Under the pieces are notes generated by a model. The model saw nothing but the letters and a program-made list of their open reading frames with translations. It did not search any database and was not told the origin of the DNA. From Candidatus Woesearchaeota archaeon (lineage in GTDB: Archaea > Nanobdellota > Nanobdellia > Pacearchaeales > UBA284): DNA of 24,000 bases. Position 1 is the stretch's first letter. The number at the start of each line of letters is the position of its first letter. Shown here in pieces: positions 1 to 9,051 of the stretch. The DNA lies in contig CAYGZP010000001.1 in the NCBI GenBank assembly GCA_964354405.1, positions 336,134 through 360,133 of the forward strand, in the 5' to 3' direction. Position numbers and translations under genes: made by a program.

Positions 1-273
1 CATGTTATTGATGCCCAGAAAGTTAGAGCACATAAAATTAGATGGAGTTTAAGACACCCTATAGAATCTGTAAAAACTGTTATTCCTATTTTGATTCCTA
101 CTTTAATGATTTTGTTTAAAAAGTCTTTAGATTTGGCCATGTCTATTGAGTCAAGAGCATTTAGGGCTAGCAAAAAAAGGACTTATCCTCCTGGCTTGAA
201 GTTTAAGTTTAAAGATTATGCTGTTATAATCTTGCTAGTTGTGGCTTTTTGGCTGTTTTTGAGATATAGATAA
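1..273 (+). CDS. EcfT/CbiQ-type energy-coupling factor transporter transmembrane protein, C-terminal fragment (5' end outside window)
   Basis: Frame 1 is open from base 1: HVIDAQKVRAHKIRWSLRHPIESVKTVIPILIPTLMILFKKSLDLAMSIESRAFRASKKRTYPPGLKFKFKDYAVIILLVVAFWLFLRYR. It has the EcfT-like 'A.s.DAq+aR' and 'A.a.e.RaF....+RT' patterns and a terminal TM helix. Confidence 0.65.
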   Translation, partial: HVIDAQKVRAHKIRWSLRHPIESVKTVIPILIPTLMILFKKSLDLAMSIESRAFRASKKRTYPPGLKFKFKDYAVIILLVVAFWLFLRYR

Positions 274-2031
274 TTACTCAAGAACAGCCCTAATTCTTCT
301 GATTCCTCCGGCTACAGATTCTTGCTCGGAGATTTTGAATTTGCCTAACTCGCTTGTGTTTTGGATATGAGGACCCATACAAATCTCTATTGATGGCCCG
401 ATGAAATAAACAGAAACAATGTCAGTTTTATATTCAAACTCGCTCTTCGCGATTTTCTTCGCTTCTTTGACACCCATCTCTTTCCTTTCGACCTTGATTC
501 CTTGTTTTATTATCTTATTGATCATGTCTTCAACTTCTTTAATCTCATTGCCTGTGAGTTTTCTATCAAAATTAAAATCAAATCTCAAGCGTTCAGGGGT
601 AATGTTAGAGCCGCGCTGCATTATCTGTTGTCCAAGCACTTTCCTTAATGCATATAACAATAAATGCGCAGCAGTGTGCAACTTTGCTGTTGGATATGTT
701 GCATCGCTCAATCCTCCTTTGAACTTTTTCTCTGCGCCCACCCTTGAAAGCTCTTGATGCTTCTTGAATTCGTCATGATAACCCTTCTCATCAACATTTA
801 TCCCATTATCATCGCACAATTCTTTTGTTATTTCAATCGGAAATCCATAACTCTGGAACAAGAAGAAAGCTTCTTTGCCCGAGATTACTTTATTCTGCGC
901 AAACTTATTAAACTGATTCAATCCCTTTTCTAGAGTTCTCCTGAACTTCTCCTCTTCTTTTTTCAGCTCGCTTAAAATGAACTCGGATTTTTTCTTGAGC
1001 AAAGGATAATCTTTATGATAAATTTGAATAACAACTTTTGTTATTTCTTCTGTAAAATCATTGTTTATTCCGAGCAACTTTGCATGTCTGATTGCTCTTC
1101 TGATAAATCTTCTTAGAATATAGCCTTGATCAACATTGCTTGGGACAATAGAATGTTCATCTCCGAGAATAAACACAGCAGCGCGCAAATGGTCTGTTAT
1201 GATTCTTAGCGAGCGAATCTGAGAATCACTGAAATTCTTGATTTTGATTAGGCTTTTAACCTTATCAACTATTGGCGCGAGTGTTTCAATCTCATACACA
1301 TTTTTCTTGCCTTGTAACATCGCTATAGTTCTTTCAACGCCCATTCCAGTGTCAACATTTTTTTGTTTCAATGGTTCATAGATTCCCTTTGGATTTTTAT
1401 TGTATTGCATGAAAACATCATTCCATATTTCAAAATATTTACCGCATGAGCAGCCTGGCTTGCATTCTTTTCCACAGGATTTCTTTCCAGTATCAATAAA
1501 CATCTCAGTATCTGGACCACAAGGCCCTGTTGCGCCAGCAGGACCCCACCAATTGTCTTTTTTTGGTAGAAAGTAGATTCTCTTTTCAGGAATCCCTACA
1601 TTTTTCCACATGCTCGCGGTTTCATTGTCTTTCGGAGCATCTTTATCACCTGCAAAACAAGTGACATGTAAGTTCTTTGGGTCAATTTTTAAAATTTTAG
1701 TGAGGAACTCATAACTCCATTCTATAGCTTCTTTTTTCCAGTAATCTCCCAAGCTCCAGTTGCCCAACATCTCAAAAAAAGATAAATGAGTTTCATTGCC
1801 GACTTCATCTATATCTCCTGTTCTCAAGCATCTTTGGCAGTTCACAAGCCTTTTTCCTTGAGGATGCTGTTGTCCTATGAGAAATGGAACAAGTGGATGC
1901 ATGCCCGCTGTTGTAAACAATACAGAAGGATCATGTTCAGGAATGAGCGAGGCATTAGCTATCTCTTTATGCCCTTTTTTCTCAAAAAACTCAATATATC
2001 TCTTTTTCAGCTCTTCTGACTTGATTGTCAT
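274..2031 (-). CDS. alaS: Alanyl-tRNA synthetase, short form (catalytic + editing domains, no C-Ala/DHHA1)
   Basis: Contains FFEKKGH, DPSVLFTTAGMHPLVPFLIGQQHPQGKRLVNCQRCLRTGDIDEVGNETHLSFFEMLGNWSLGDYWKKEAI, and editing-domain metal motifs HTAAH and CMGPH. Ends at GGIRRIRAVLE. Confidence 0.96.
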   Translation of the reverse strand: MTIKSEELKKRYIEFFEKKGHKEIANASLIPEHDPSVLFTTAGMHPLVPFLIGQQHPQGKRLVNCQRCLRTGDIDEVGNETHLSFFEMLGNWSLGDYWKKEAIEWSYEFLTKILKIDPKNLHVTCFAGDKDAPKDNETASMWKNVGIPEKRIYFLPKKDNWWGPAGATGPCGPDTEMFIDTGKKSCGKECKPGCSCGKYFEIWNDVFMQYNKNPKGIYEPLKQKNVDTGMGVERTIAMLQGKKNVYEIETLAPIVDKVKSLIKIKNFSDSQIRSLRIITDHLRAAVFILGDEHSIVPSNVDQGYILRRFIRRAIRHAKLLGINNDFTEEITKVVIQIYHKDYPLLKKKSEFILSELKKEEEKFRRTLEKGLNQFNKFAQNKVISGKEAFFLFQSYGFPIEITKELCDDNGINVDEKGYHDEFKKHQELSRVGAEKKFKGGLSDATYPTAKLHTAAHLLLYALRKVLGQQIMQRGSNITPERLRFDFNFDRKLTGNEIKEVEDMINKIIKQGIKVERKEMGVKEAKKIAKSEFEYKTDIVSVYFIGPSIEICMGPHIQNTSELGKFKISEQESVAGGIRRIRAVLE

Positions 2032-2091
2032 GATTATTACTGTTTCTTTATACTTATAAAATTTTTCTTGTCAATAATTTTTTTCAATTTA

Positions 2092-2520
2092 TCAAGATGG
2101 AGTAAGCGGTTCTCTTTTTAGTTTATTACAAGGCCATTCTTCACATTCACTACAATGAAAAAGTCCTTTTGACTTGGCACAATTTTTCAATTTCTTAACT
2201 CGCTTTTCTTGTTCTTTCAACCATTTATTCAAGCCTGTTTGTTTTATTCTTTTTTGATTATTAGTAACTTCATCATACCATTCTTCTGTATCGAAGAAGT
2301 TTTTTATCTTTTTACAAGGGAAATCAGAACATTGATAACAAAAATCGAACTTTCTTCTGTTTAAACAGCATTCAAATATCCTACAGACTTTTCTATATTT
2401 TAAACACTCTCCCTTTCCGGATCTACAACCCTTACAAGTTCCTCTTTGAAATCCCAAACATTCTCCACAATAAAGACCGCATGGGGCTGCTATAAGGCTT
2501 ATTTTCTTTTGTTTTATCAT
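2092..2520 (-). CDS. Cysteine-rich DUF3795-like protein
   Basis: Many Cys pairs: CGLYCGECLGFQRGTCKGCRSG...CRIFECCLNRRKFDFCYQCSDFPCKKI...CSECEEWPC. Confidence 0.75.
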   Translation of the reverse strand: MIKQKKISLIAAPCGLYCGECLGFQRGTCKGCRSGKGECLKYRKVCRIFECCLNRRKFDFCYQCSDFPCKKIKNFFDTEEWYDEVTNNQKRIKQTGLNKWLKEQEKRVKKLKNCAKSKGLFHCSECEEWPCNKLKREPLTPS

Positions 2521-2562
2521 ACTATTAACAAGATTTTTAAGATTTAAAAGTTATCTTTTGGC

Positions 2563-3909
2563 ATGAGAAAACCAACCAAATCAGTATCAGGAGTTACTCC
2601 TGTAGCTGTAGTTGTCAAGCCAATGAAATGCAAGCATGGAACCTGTTTGTACTGTCCTTCATTAAATGTTCCACAAAGCTACACTCCTTTAAGTCCTGCT
2701 GTAATGAGAGCGAAACAGCTTGATTACGACGCTTACAAACAAGTTGTTGCAAGAGTCAAGGCATTCCGAGTCATGAAACACCCCACTGACAAGATTGAGC
2801 TCATTATTATGGGCGGAACATTTTTGTCTTATTCAAAAGATTATCAGTACAAATTTATCAAGGCATGTTACGATGCATTAAACGGCAAAATTTCTAAGGA
2901 TTTGGAGCAAGCGAAAAAAATTAATGAAAAAGCAGAACATAGATGTGTGGCATTATGTATTGAGACAAGACCAGATGTTTGTTCTAAGAGCGATATAAAA
3001 AGGATTTTGAAGTTTGGTTGCACTCGTGTTGAACTTGGAGTTCAAGCAGTCGATGACAAGCTCTATAGAATAAACAAGCGCGGGCATAAAGTTAAAGAGG
3101 TTATTGATGCAACTCGAAGACTGAAAGATGCGGGTTTTAAGGTTGGATATCATTTAATGTCCGGATTGCCAGGCTCTAATTATAAAAAAGATATAGAGAT
3201 GTTCAAAAAAGTTTTCACAAGCGAGGATTTCAGGCCAGACCAGCTTAAAATTTATCCTTGTCAGGTCATTAAGGGCGCAGAACTTGAAAAATTATACAAA
3301 AAAGGCAAATACAAACCTTATAATGATAAAGCTCTTGTCAAACTTCTCATTGAATTCAAGAAAATTGTGCCTCGATATTGCAGAATCATGCGAGTCATGA
3401 GAGAGATTCATCCCGATTTTCTCGTGGCAGGAACTCTCCGCATTGATTTGAGAAAAGTTGTGGCAGATGAAATGGAAGCGAGAGGAATAAAATGTAAGTG
3501 CATAAGATGTCGCGAGATAGGTTTTTCATTATTGAAAGGCGAGAAAATTGATAAAAGATTAAAGCTTAACAAGATTGAATATCGCGCTTCTCAAGGACGC
3601 GAGTTTTTCTTAGAAATTATAAACAAAGAGGATATCATTTTTGGCTTGGTGCGATTGAGAATTCCTGACAAGTCAAATGTTTTACTTGTGCGAGAGTTGC
3701 ATGTTTACGGGCCTGCTTTGGCAATTGGCGCGCGAGGCAAGGATTCTCAGCACACTGGATTGGGCAAATGGCTTATGCAAGAGACAGAGAAGATTGCTCA
3801 AGCTCAGAAATGCAAGAAGATTAAAATTATCTCGGGAGTTGGAGTTAGAGAATATTACAAAAGTTTAGGATACAAGTTAGAAGACAGTTATATGATCAAA
3901 CAAATTTAA
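2563..3909 (+). CDS. elp3: Elp3-like tRNA uridine-34 modification enzyme (radical SAM + GNAT)
   Basis: RKPTKSVSGVTPVAVVVKPMKCKHGTCLYCPSL (radical SAM cysteines), ELGVQAVDD, YHLMSGLPGSN, and C-terminal GNAT ARGKDSQHTGLGKWLMQETEKIA. Confidence 0.93.
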   Translation: MRKPTKSVSGVTPVAVVVKPMKCKHGTCLYCPSLNVPQSYTPLSPAVMRAKQLDYDAYKQVVARVKAFRVMKHPTDKIELIIMGGTFLSYSKDYQYKFIKACYDALNGKISKDLEQAKKINEKAEHRCVALCIETRPDVCSKSDIKRILKFGCTRVELGVQAVDDKLYRINKRGHKVKEVIDATRRLKDAGFKVGYHLMSGLPGSNYKKDIEMFKKVFTSEDFRPDQLKIYPCQVIKGAELEKLYKKGKYKPYNDKALVKLLIEFKKIVPRYCRIMRVMREIHPDFLVAGTLRIDLRKVVADEMEARGIKCKCIRCREIGFSLLKGEKIDKRLKLNKIEYRASQGREFFLEIINKEDIIFGLVRLRIPDKSNVLLVRELHVYGPALAIGARGKDSQHTGLGKWLMQETEKIAQAQKCKKIKIISGVGVREYYKSLGYKLEDSYMIKQI

Positions 3910-3914
3910 GAAAT

Positions 3915-4595
3915 CTAAACAATAATTATTTTTCCTTTCGGCCCGACATTTATCACTTTTGTCCTGCCGATTTTTTCCTCGATGCCCTCTGCTTCGTGAG
4001 CGTGGCTGCAGATTGCAATATCGGGCTTGAATCTCTCGATGGCTTTCTTTACTCCATCGCTGCCAGGCACAAAGCTTGGGATTTTTGCCATTAACGAGCC
4101 GCTCGGATGATTGTGTGTAACCATAATTTTTTTCTCAACGTTCTTGACTTTCTCAAATCCTTTTTTGAGTGTTGAATAAATCTCATTCTCGCTTAGTTGA
4201 AATAATCCGATGTTCGAGCCGCCTGCGCCGAAAATTCCTATGTTATGTGATGGGTCTTTCATTCTGATGCCCTTGCCATGGATGTTTTTTACATTAGGCG
4301 AATAAACTTTCTCAAGGAAATTCGCTGTGGCTAAAGTCTCATGATTTCCTGGAATGATAAAAACCTCCAGATGTCTTTTGGCAAACGGGCCAACAATATA
4401 ATCCACAGATTGCTCTGCAAATGTCAAATCACCCGAGAGAATAACCAAATCAACCTTGGCTTTTTTTGCCTTCACTGCCAGCCTTGATGCTTGTCTTGAA
4501 TCTCCATGCAAGTCACCTATAGCCATTATCTTCAAATGTTTTGTTTTTTGTTTTTTGGGGGTTGTTTTTTTTCTCATATCACTAAAAAGAAACAA
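3915..4595 (-). CDS. Calcineurin-like metallophosphoesterase
   Basis: Metallophosphoesterase motifs: GDLHGD, LSGDLTF, PGNHET, THNHPSG, CSHAHEAEG. Confidence 0.85.
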   Translation of the reverse strand: MFLFSDMRKKTTPKKQKTKHLKIMAIGDLHGDSRQASRLAVKAKKAKVDLVILSGDLTFAEQSVDYIVGPFAKRHLEVFIIPGNHETLATANFLEKVYSPNVKNIHGKGIRMKDPSHNIGIFGAGGSNIGLFQLSENEIYSTLKKGFEKVKNVEKKIMVTHNHPSGSLMAKIPSFVPGSDGVKKAIERFKPDIAICSHAHEAEGIEEKIGRTKVINVGPKGKIIIV

Positions 4596-4620
4596 GTAGT
4601 TATAAAATTATCGCCCCGCA

Positions 4621-6030
4621 TTACTGCAAGAAAAATGATTTTGCACCCGCATCCTTTGTCTTTGGAAGTTTTGCAGTCATTAGTCCTTCGAAAGCTCTGT
4701 TTGGGTTATATATCCTATCTATCTCCATCAATGCAAGAATGGTTTTAGAGTCATAACATACTCCTCTATCGAGGTATCTCGCAGGATTCACTTCCTTGCC
4801 ATCTTTTATAAGTTCATAGTGCAAATGGATATTTGTGGCCCTACCCGTTTTCCCCATCAATCCAATAATATAACCATCTCCTATGGAGTCTCCCTCTTTT
4901 ACAAGTATTGTAGACATATGCGCGTAGAATGTTTTTAAACCATTACCATGGTTAATAACCACATATTTTCCTGCTCTGCCATTGTTAATGTTATATACCC
5001 TTTCTACGACCCCAACAGCAGATGAATGAATATTCAAACTTCTGGTCTTACTATTCATATCAATCGCGCGATGGGACCCTGCTATTTCCATCCCCCATAT
5101 TGTCCTTTTACACCAATTTGTATATCTTTGGCCCCATGTCGAATTCTCAAGAGGGTCCATCAACGGTTTTGTTCTTTCCTTGGCTTCAATGTTTATAGAA
5201 TCCAAAACAGCATATTCCTCTCCAAAATAACTGTTAGTTTGCAGAATCTGGCTTAACTTGTACTTGCCGGGCTTTACATCCAAATTCAAAGCCATCAAAT
5301 CTTTTGTATAGAAAACATTTTTATTGTTTCTGAAACCCTTGATAAGTTTTTCAAATTCTTTTTTATGCACCAGTTCTTGATATTCTCTCTTTATTCTGTG
5401 TTCTTGTTTATTCTCAAGATAATCCATTGCCATTCCTCCTAGTTTAGAAGCAGCCAATAGAAAAACAGAAGCAGCAGTAGCTACCCAAAAAGCTTTTGTA
5501 GTAAAATCAGCGCGTTTTGCTTTTGGCGCTTTTGGTTTTTCTTTTCTTGATACATCAGAAACCCCAAATGGAATAGCAATTCCCTCAACTCTCTCTTCGA
5601 GTGCTGGCGCAACTTTATATTCTACAGCAGGCCGCGGAATTACAGTAACTATAGGTTCTACAGGTGCTTCGCCCACTGCCAATCCCAATTCTACAAGTGT
5701 TTTGGCTCTTACTCCCAACAAGTCAGCAGAAAAATGATATGCTGGCAAAGCCAAAAATATTAATTCAGGGTTTTTTTCATGTCTTAAAATGCCTTCCAAT
5801 AGCTGATGTCTCTTTCTATCTCGCGCTGTGATAAAATTCAAACACTTATCCGAGTCTATTTTAGCGTATCTTTTTGCTATAAGATCTGAAAATAAGCCCA
5901 GCCATCTCAATTGAATAATCTTTTTCTCGTTATTGTCCATCAAATAAACTGGTTCTTTATATAAGTCATATGGGTCATTAGCGAGATCTGTGAAATCTAC
6001 TTCTATTGTACTTGCCCCTTGCTTAGCCAT
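4621..6030 (-). CDS. Membrane-anchored M23 (LytM/peptidase M23) domain protein
   Basis: TM segment FWVATAASVFLLAASKLGGMAMDYL. C-terminal M23-like signature SHRAIDM...GVVERVYN...YVVINHGNGLKTFYAHMSTILVKEGDSIGDGYIIGLMGKTGRATNIHLHYEL, i.e. HxxxD and HxH metal-ligand motifs. Confidence 0.88.
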   Translation of the reverse strand: MAKQGASTIEVDFTDLANDPYDLYKEPVYLMDNNEKKIIQLRWLGLFSDLIAKRYAKIDSDKCLNFITARDRKRHQLLEGILRHEKNPELIFLALPAYHFSADLLGVRAKTLVELGLAVGEAPVEPIVTVIPRPAVEYKVAPALEERVEGIAIPFGVSDVSRKEKPKAPKAKRADFTTKAFWVATAASVFLLAASKLGGMAMDYLENKQEHRIKREYQELVHKKEFEKLIKGFRNNKNVFYTKDLMALNLDVKPGKYKLSQILQTNSYFGEEYAVLDSINIEAKERTKPLMDPLENSTWGQRYTNWCKRTIWGMEIAGSHRAIDMNSKTRSLNIHSSAVGVVERVYNINNGRAGKYVVINHGNGLKTFYAHMSTILVKEGDSIGDGYIIGLMGKTGRATNIHLHYELIKDGKEVNPARYLDRGVCYDSKTILALMEIDRIYNPNRAFEGLMTAKLPKTKDAGAKSFFLQ

Positions 6031-6044
6031 GTATTTTACACGAT

Positions 6045-6062
6045 TTTAAGCTATATAAAATT
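6045..6062 (-). promoter_or_regulatory. TATA-like element for the M23-domain gene (probable leaderless promoter)
   Basis: Plus-strand 'gctatataaaattta' reads as an A/T-rich box on the minus strand, about 20-28 nt upstream of the ATG at 6030. Confidence 0.5.
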
Positions 6063-6124
6063 TACCTTTTTATTGTCATTTAGAAATAGTAATAAAACTT
6101 ATTTAAGGACTACTTAAGAATTAG

Positions 6125-6172
6125 AAAAATAAAAAAAAACAAAAAAAGAAAAAAAAATAAAAATAAAAAAGA
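6125..6172 (-). terminator. Archaeal poly-U type terminator downstream of 6175..6585
   Basis: The minus strand downstream of the stop is an almost uninterrupted T-rich tract (plus: aaaaataaaaaaaaacaaaaaaagaaaaaaaaataaaaataaaaaa). Confidence 0.5.
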
Positions 6173-6174
6173 GC

Positions 6175-6585
6175 TTATTTGCCCCATGCCATAATCCCCA
6201 TAATTATTAAATTAAGTACAGGAACTAACATAAGCAAAGACCACCATCCAGGTTTCTTTATATTTTCAGCAATTCTCCACCAGAACCATATCGTCCCTGC
6301 TGTCAGAGCCAAGCTTCCTACGACTGGGATAATCGGCACTAGCACAATTAAAGTGAACCATCCACTCAATTTGGCAATCTTTACCATCAGGTAAACATTT
6401 GCTATAGGGATAAATGCCAGCCATCCATTAGGGGTTTTAGTCTTCTTTGCAATAGCCATTAATACCAATGCACTATAGATATACAAAGCAAGTGCTATAA
6501 TTACAAAAACCACTAAAAAGGCACTAATAGCTGCTAAAAAGCCAGCCCCAAACATAGATGCTAAAATATCTTCATAACCTACCAT
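6175..6585 (-). CDS. Small four-TM membrane protein, DUF5684-like
   Basis: Four hydrophobic segments and NGWLAFIPIANVYLMVKIAKLSGW / KKPGWWSLLMLVPVLNLIIMGIMAWG. GGAGGT Shine-Dalgarno at 6597-6602. Confidence 0.7.
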   Translation of the reverse strand: MVGYEDILASMFGAGFLAAISAFLVVFVIIALALYIYSALVLMAIAKKTKTPNGWLAFIPIANVYLMVKIAKLSGWFTLIVLVPIIPVVGSLALTAGTIWFWWRIAENIKKPGWWSLLMLVPVLNLIIMGIMAWGK

Positions 6586-6596
6586 TTTCTGTTTTT

Positions 6597-6602
6597 ACCT
6601 CC
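6597..6602 (-). promoter_or_regulatory. Shine-Dalgarno sequence GGAGGT
   Basis: Reverse complement gaaaGGAGGTaaaaacagaaaATG, 11-nt spacing to the ATG at 6585. It lies just upstream of the serS stop at 6605, i.e. between the two genes. Confidence 0.7.
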
Positions 6603-6604
6603 TT

Positions 6605-7936
6605 TCAATTCCTTTTTTTATTTACCTTTATCTTCGTTTTTTTACGTTTCTCAACTTTCTTTTGTTTTGTCTTTAAAGGTTTGATGAGCTTGAAGCCGCA
6701 GTATTTCTGCAGCGCAGCAGGAACTTTTATGCTTCCATCTTTCTGCTGATAGTTTTCAACTAAACAAGCCAGCATTCTTTCTGTTGCGATAGCTGTATTG
6801 TTTAAAGTGTAAACATAATTCCTTGAGCCCTTTTCTTCATATTTTGTATTGCTTCTTCTCGCTTGATAATCTAAACATGCAGAACAAGATCCCAATTCTC
6901 TATAGATTCCTTGGCTAGGGAACCACCCCTCCAAATCAATTGTTTTTGTCACAACTCTTCCGATATCTTGTGATGCAAGCAGAACAACTCTAAAAGGCAG
7001 GTTCAACTTTTTATAAAGTTCAATACTGTTTTTTAAAAGAAGCTCAAACTCTTTTTCCGAGTCCTTTGGCTTGCAGAAGACAAACTGCTCAACTTTCTCA
7101 AATTGATGAACTCTAAAAATTCCTTTAGTATCCTTGCCATGCGCGCCAGCTTCTTTCCTGAAACAGGCACTTATACCAGCAAATCTTATCGGCAATTTAT
7201 CTACAGAAATTATTTCATTCATATAATAAGCATTTAGTGCATGCTCTGCTGTTCCAATCAAATACAAATCCTCGCCTTCAATCTTGTAAATTGCCTCTTC
7301 AAAAGCTGAAAAGTTCAATGCTCCCTTTAAAGCATCTTTTCTTAACATATAAGGGGGCTGTATTAATGTAAAACCTTTTTTTGCAAGGAAGTCAAGAGAA
7401 TAATTAATAAGAGCTTGATTTAATTTGACTAGCTCCTTTTTCAGATAATAAAACCTCGCTCCTGCAGCTTTTGCAGCTCGCTCAATATCCAACAAATCTA
7501 AAGCCATGAGCAACTCTTCATGCCCCTTGGCCTTAAAACCAAGCTTCTTTGGTTTGTTGATAATCTTTAGAACTTTATTTTTTTCCGCAGAGCCTACAGG
7601 AACGCTTTTATCAACCAAATTAGGCAGCTTCTCCAGCAGAGCCTCGCGTTTTTCTCCTATGCTTGCGAGCTCTTTCTCTTCTTCTGCGATTTTTATCGGA
7701 ATCTCTCTCGCGCGTTTGATTATATCCTCAATTTTCTTGCCTTGCTTCTTCGCCTCATTGATTTTCTCGCTTATCTTGTTGCGCTCCGCTCTCAACCCAT
7801 CGACATCCTGTTTAAGAGCTTTCCATTTCTTATCCAATTCTAGAAGTAAATCTACCTCTCTAGTTTCCAAACCTCTTTTCTTCAAGCCGTCTTTAACCTC
7901 TTTTGGTCGCTCGCGAATGAACTTTATATCAAGCAT
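6605..7936 (-). CDS. serS: Seryl-tRNA synthetase (start revised from 7957 to internal ATG at 7936)
   Basis: MLDIKFIRERPKEVKDGLKKRGL N-terminal arm, long coiled coil, class II motifs GTAEHALNAYYMNEI, FRKEAGAHGKDTKGIFRVHQFEKVEQFVF and ELGSCSACLDYQARRSNTKY...NNTAIATERMLACLVENYQQ. Confidence 0.95.
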   Translation of the reverse strand: MLDIKFIRERPKEVKDGLKKRGLETREVDLLLELDKKWKALKQDVDGLRAERNKISEKINEAKKQGKKIEDIIKRAREIPIKIAEEEKELASIGEKREALLEKLPNLVDKSVPVGSAEKNKVLKIINKPKKLGFKAKGHEELLMALDLLDIERAAKAAGARFYYLKKELVKLNQALINYSLDFLAKKGFTLIQPPYMLRKDALKGALNFSAFEEAIYKIEGEDLYLIGTAEHALNAYYMNEIISVDKLPIRFAGISACFRKEAGAHGKDTKGIFRVHQFEKVEQFVFCKPKDSEKEFELLLKNSIELYKKLNLPFRVVLLASQDIGRVVTKTIDLEGWFPSQGIYRELGSCSACLDYQARRSNTKYEEKGSRNYVYTLNNTAIATERMLACLVENYQQKDGSIKVPAALQKYCGFKLIKPLKTKQKKVEKRKKTKIKVNKKRN

Positions 7937-8011
7937 AACATAAGAAAAGAAGGGCATTATTTAAAGATTTTGATAAGCTGGTTTTGATAAGCGAGGTTCC
8001 TCAAGAGCTTT

Positions 8012-8521
8012 TTAGCTTATTGTCAAGTCTATGTTCGCGCCTTTATTTTCTACCCATAACTTGTAAGGGATTTCAGCTGGCTGCAGCACTTTTGTTGTTT
8101 TCTCCCCGCCTGCAAAAGTCAAGTTAATCGCGCTATATTTTAACTTAAGCTCTATATTCCATCCGCTCGAGCCTTTGCTTGTAGTGACTTGAATATTGCT
8201 TATGTTTATTGCGACTCCGGGCTCGCTGTATTTGTAAATTGAATTGTTCAGCTGCCAAATCGTCTCATTCTTTGCCGCGTTTATAGTCAACAATCCTCTT
8301 GACATTTTGAACTCGTTCTTGAGCTTTGTTCCCTGAACCTGGCTCACTTGTTGTACTGTCGAGTCAATAGAATCTAGCATCATGATGCTCTGCTCGATAG
8401 TCGCTTTGTCTTTGGCACTGTTGATTCTTGGCATGACAGCCGCCACAACCATCCCCACAATCGCCAAGCTAATCAAGATATACAAAACAGTAGAAACCCA
8501 AATCGCTCCTCGCTTTTCCAT
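8012..8521 (-). CDS. Type IV pilin-like protein
   Basis: N-terminus MEKRG|AIWVSTVLYILISLAIVGMVVAAVMPRI: short basic class III signal peptide, G|A cleavage site, one TM helix. Confidence 0.7.
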   Translation of the reverse strand: MEKRGAIWVSTVLYILISLAIVGMVVAAVMPRINSAKDKATIEQSIMMLDSIDSTVQQVSQVQGTKLKNEFKMSRGLLTINAAKNETIWQLNNSIYKYSEPGVAINISNIQVTTSKGSSGWNIELKLKYSAINLTFAGGEKTTKVLQPAEIPYKLWVENKGANIDLTIS

Positions 8522-8542
8522 TTTGTTTTGTTAACTGAGTTG

Positions 8543-9022
8543 TTAGCACTTACTTACTGGTATGCTTCGAATGTCACAAGTTATCTCATTGCCCTTTGAC
8601 GGTTTTAGAACCGGCGCAATCGCAACTGTAGTTACATTAATGTTAGCAGCAACAAAGTCTAAGTCAGTTATAAAATTAAGGGTTGTTGTACTTTCTTCAC
8701 CAGGATTATTTGGGATATCGTCTCCGCTAAGTTCTTTTGTTTTAGTTGTTGTTGCATCGCTCACAGAAATTCGGATTTTTGTTAGATTAATATCCTCATT
8801 ACCGTTCCACACCATCTTCAGTGTTAAATCTGTTGTGTTGTAGCAAGTCGCCCCAGGATCGAGCTGAATCCCGTTTGCCTTGAAGCAAACATCCGCGGTT
8901 CCAAGCTGTTTTTGCACAAATGGAACAACAAACGCGATGATTAAAGCAACTGCTGCAATTGTTATAACTATAAGCAACACTGTGGCAATAACTGGTTCAA
9001 TACCTTTTTTATTTTTCATCAT
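8543..9022 (-). CDS. Archaeal type IV pilin/archaellin N-terminal domain protein
   Basis: MMKNKKG|IEPVIATVLLIVITIAAVALIIAFVV, the canonical archaeal pilin N-terminus. Confidence 0.88.
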   Translation of the reverse strand: MMKNKKGIEPVIATVLLIVITIAAVALIIAFVVPFVQKQLGTADVCFKANGIQLDPGATCYNTTDLTLKMVWNGNEDINLTKIRISVSDATTTKTKELSGDDIPNNPGEESTTTLNFITDLDFVAANINVTTVAIAPVLKPSKGNEITCDIRSIPVSKC

Positions 9023-9051
9023 TTTTAGTTTTTTATTTATTTAAAAGAATT

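Noticed and set aside
91-273. Stand-alone 60-aa ORF
   Set aside because: The frame is open to base 1 and reads as the C-terminus of an EcfT-like protein; the ATG at 91 is internal.
6125-6172. A-rich tract as a possible repeat or CRISPR leader
   Set aside because: No repeat-spacer structure; best explained as a poly-U terminator for the minus-strand gene.
7506-7943. Plus-strand 145-aa ORF
   Set aside because: Antisense to the serS coiled-coil region; Ser/Leu-rich translation of the opposite strand of Lys/Glu codons.
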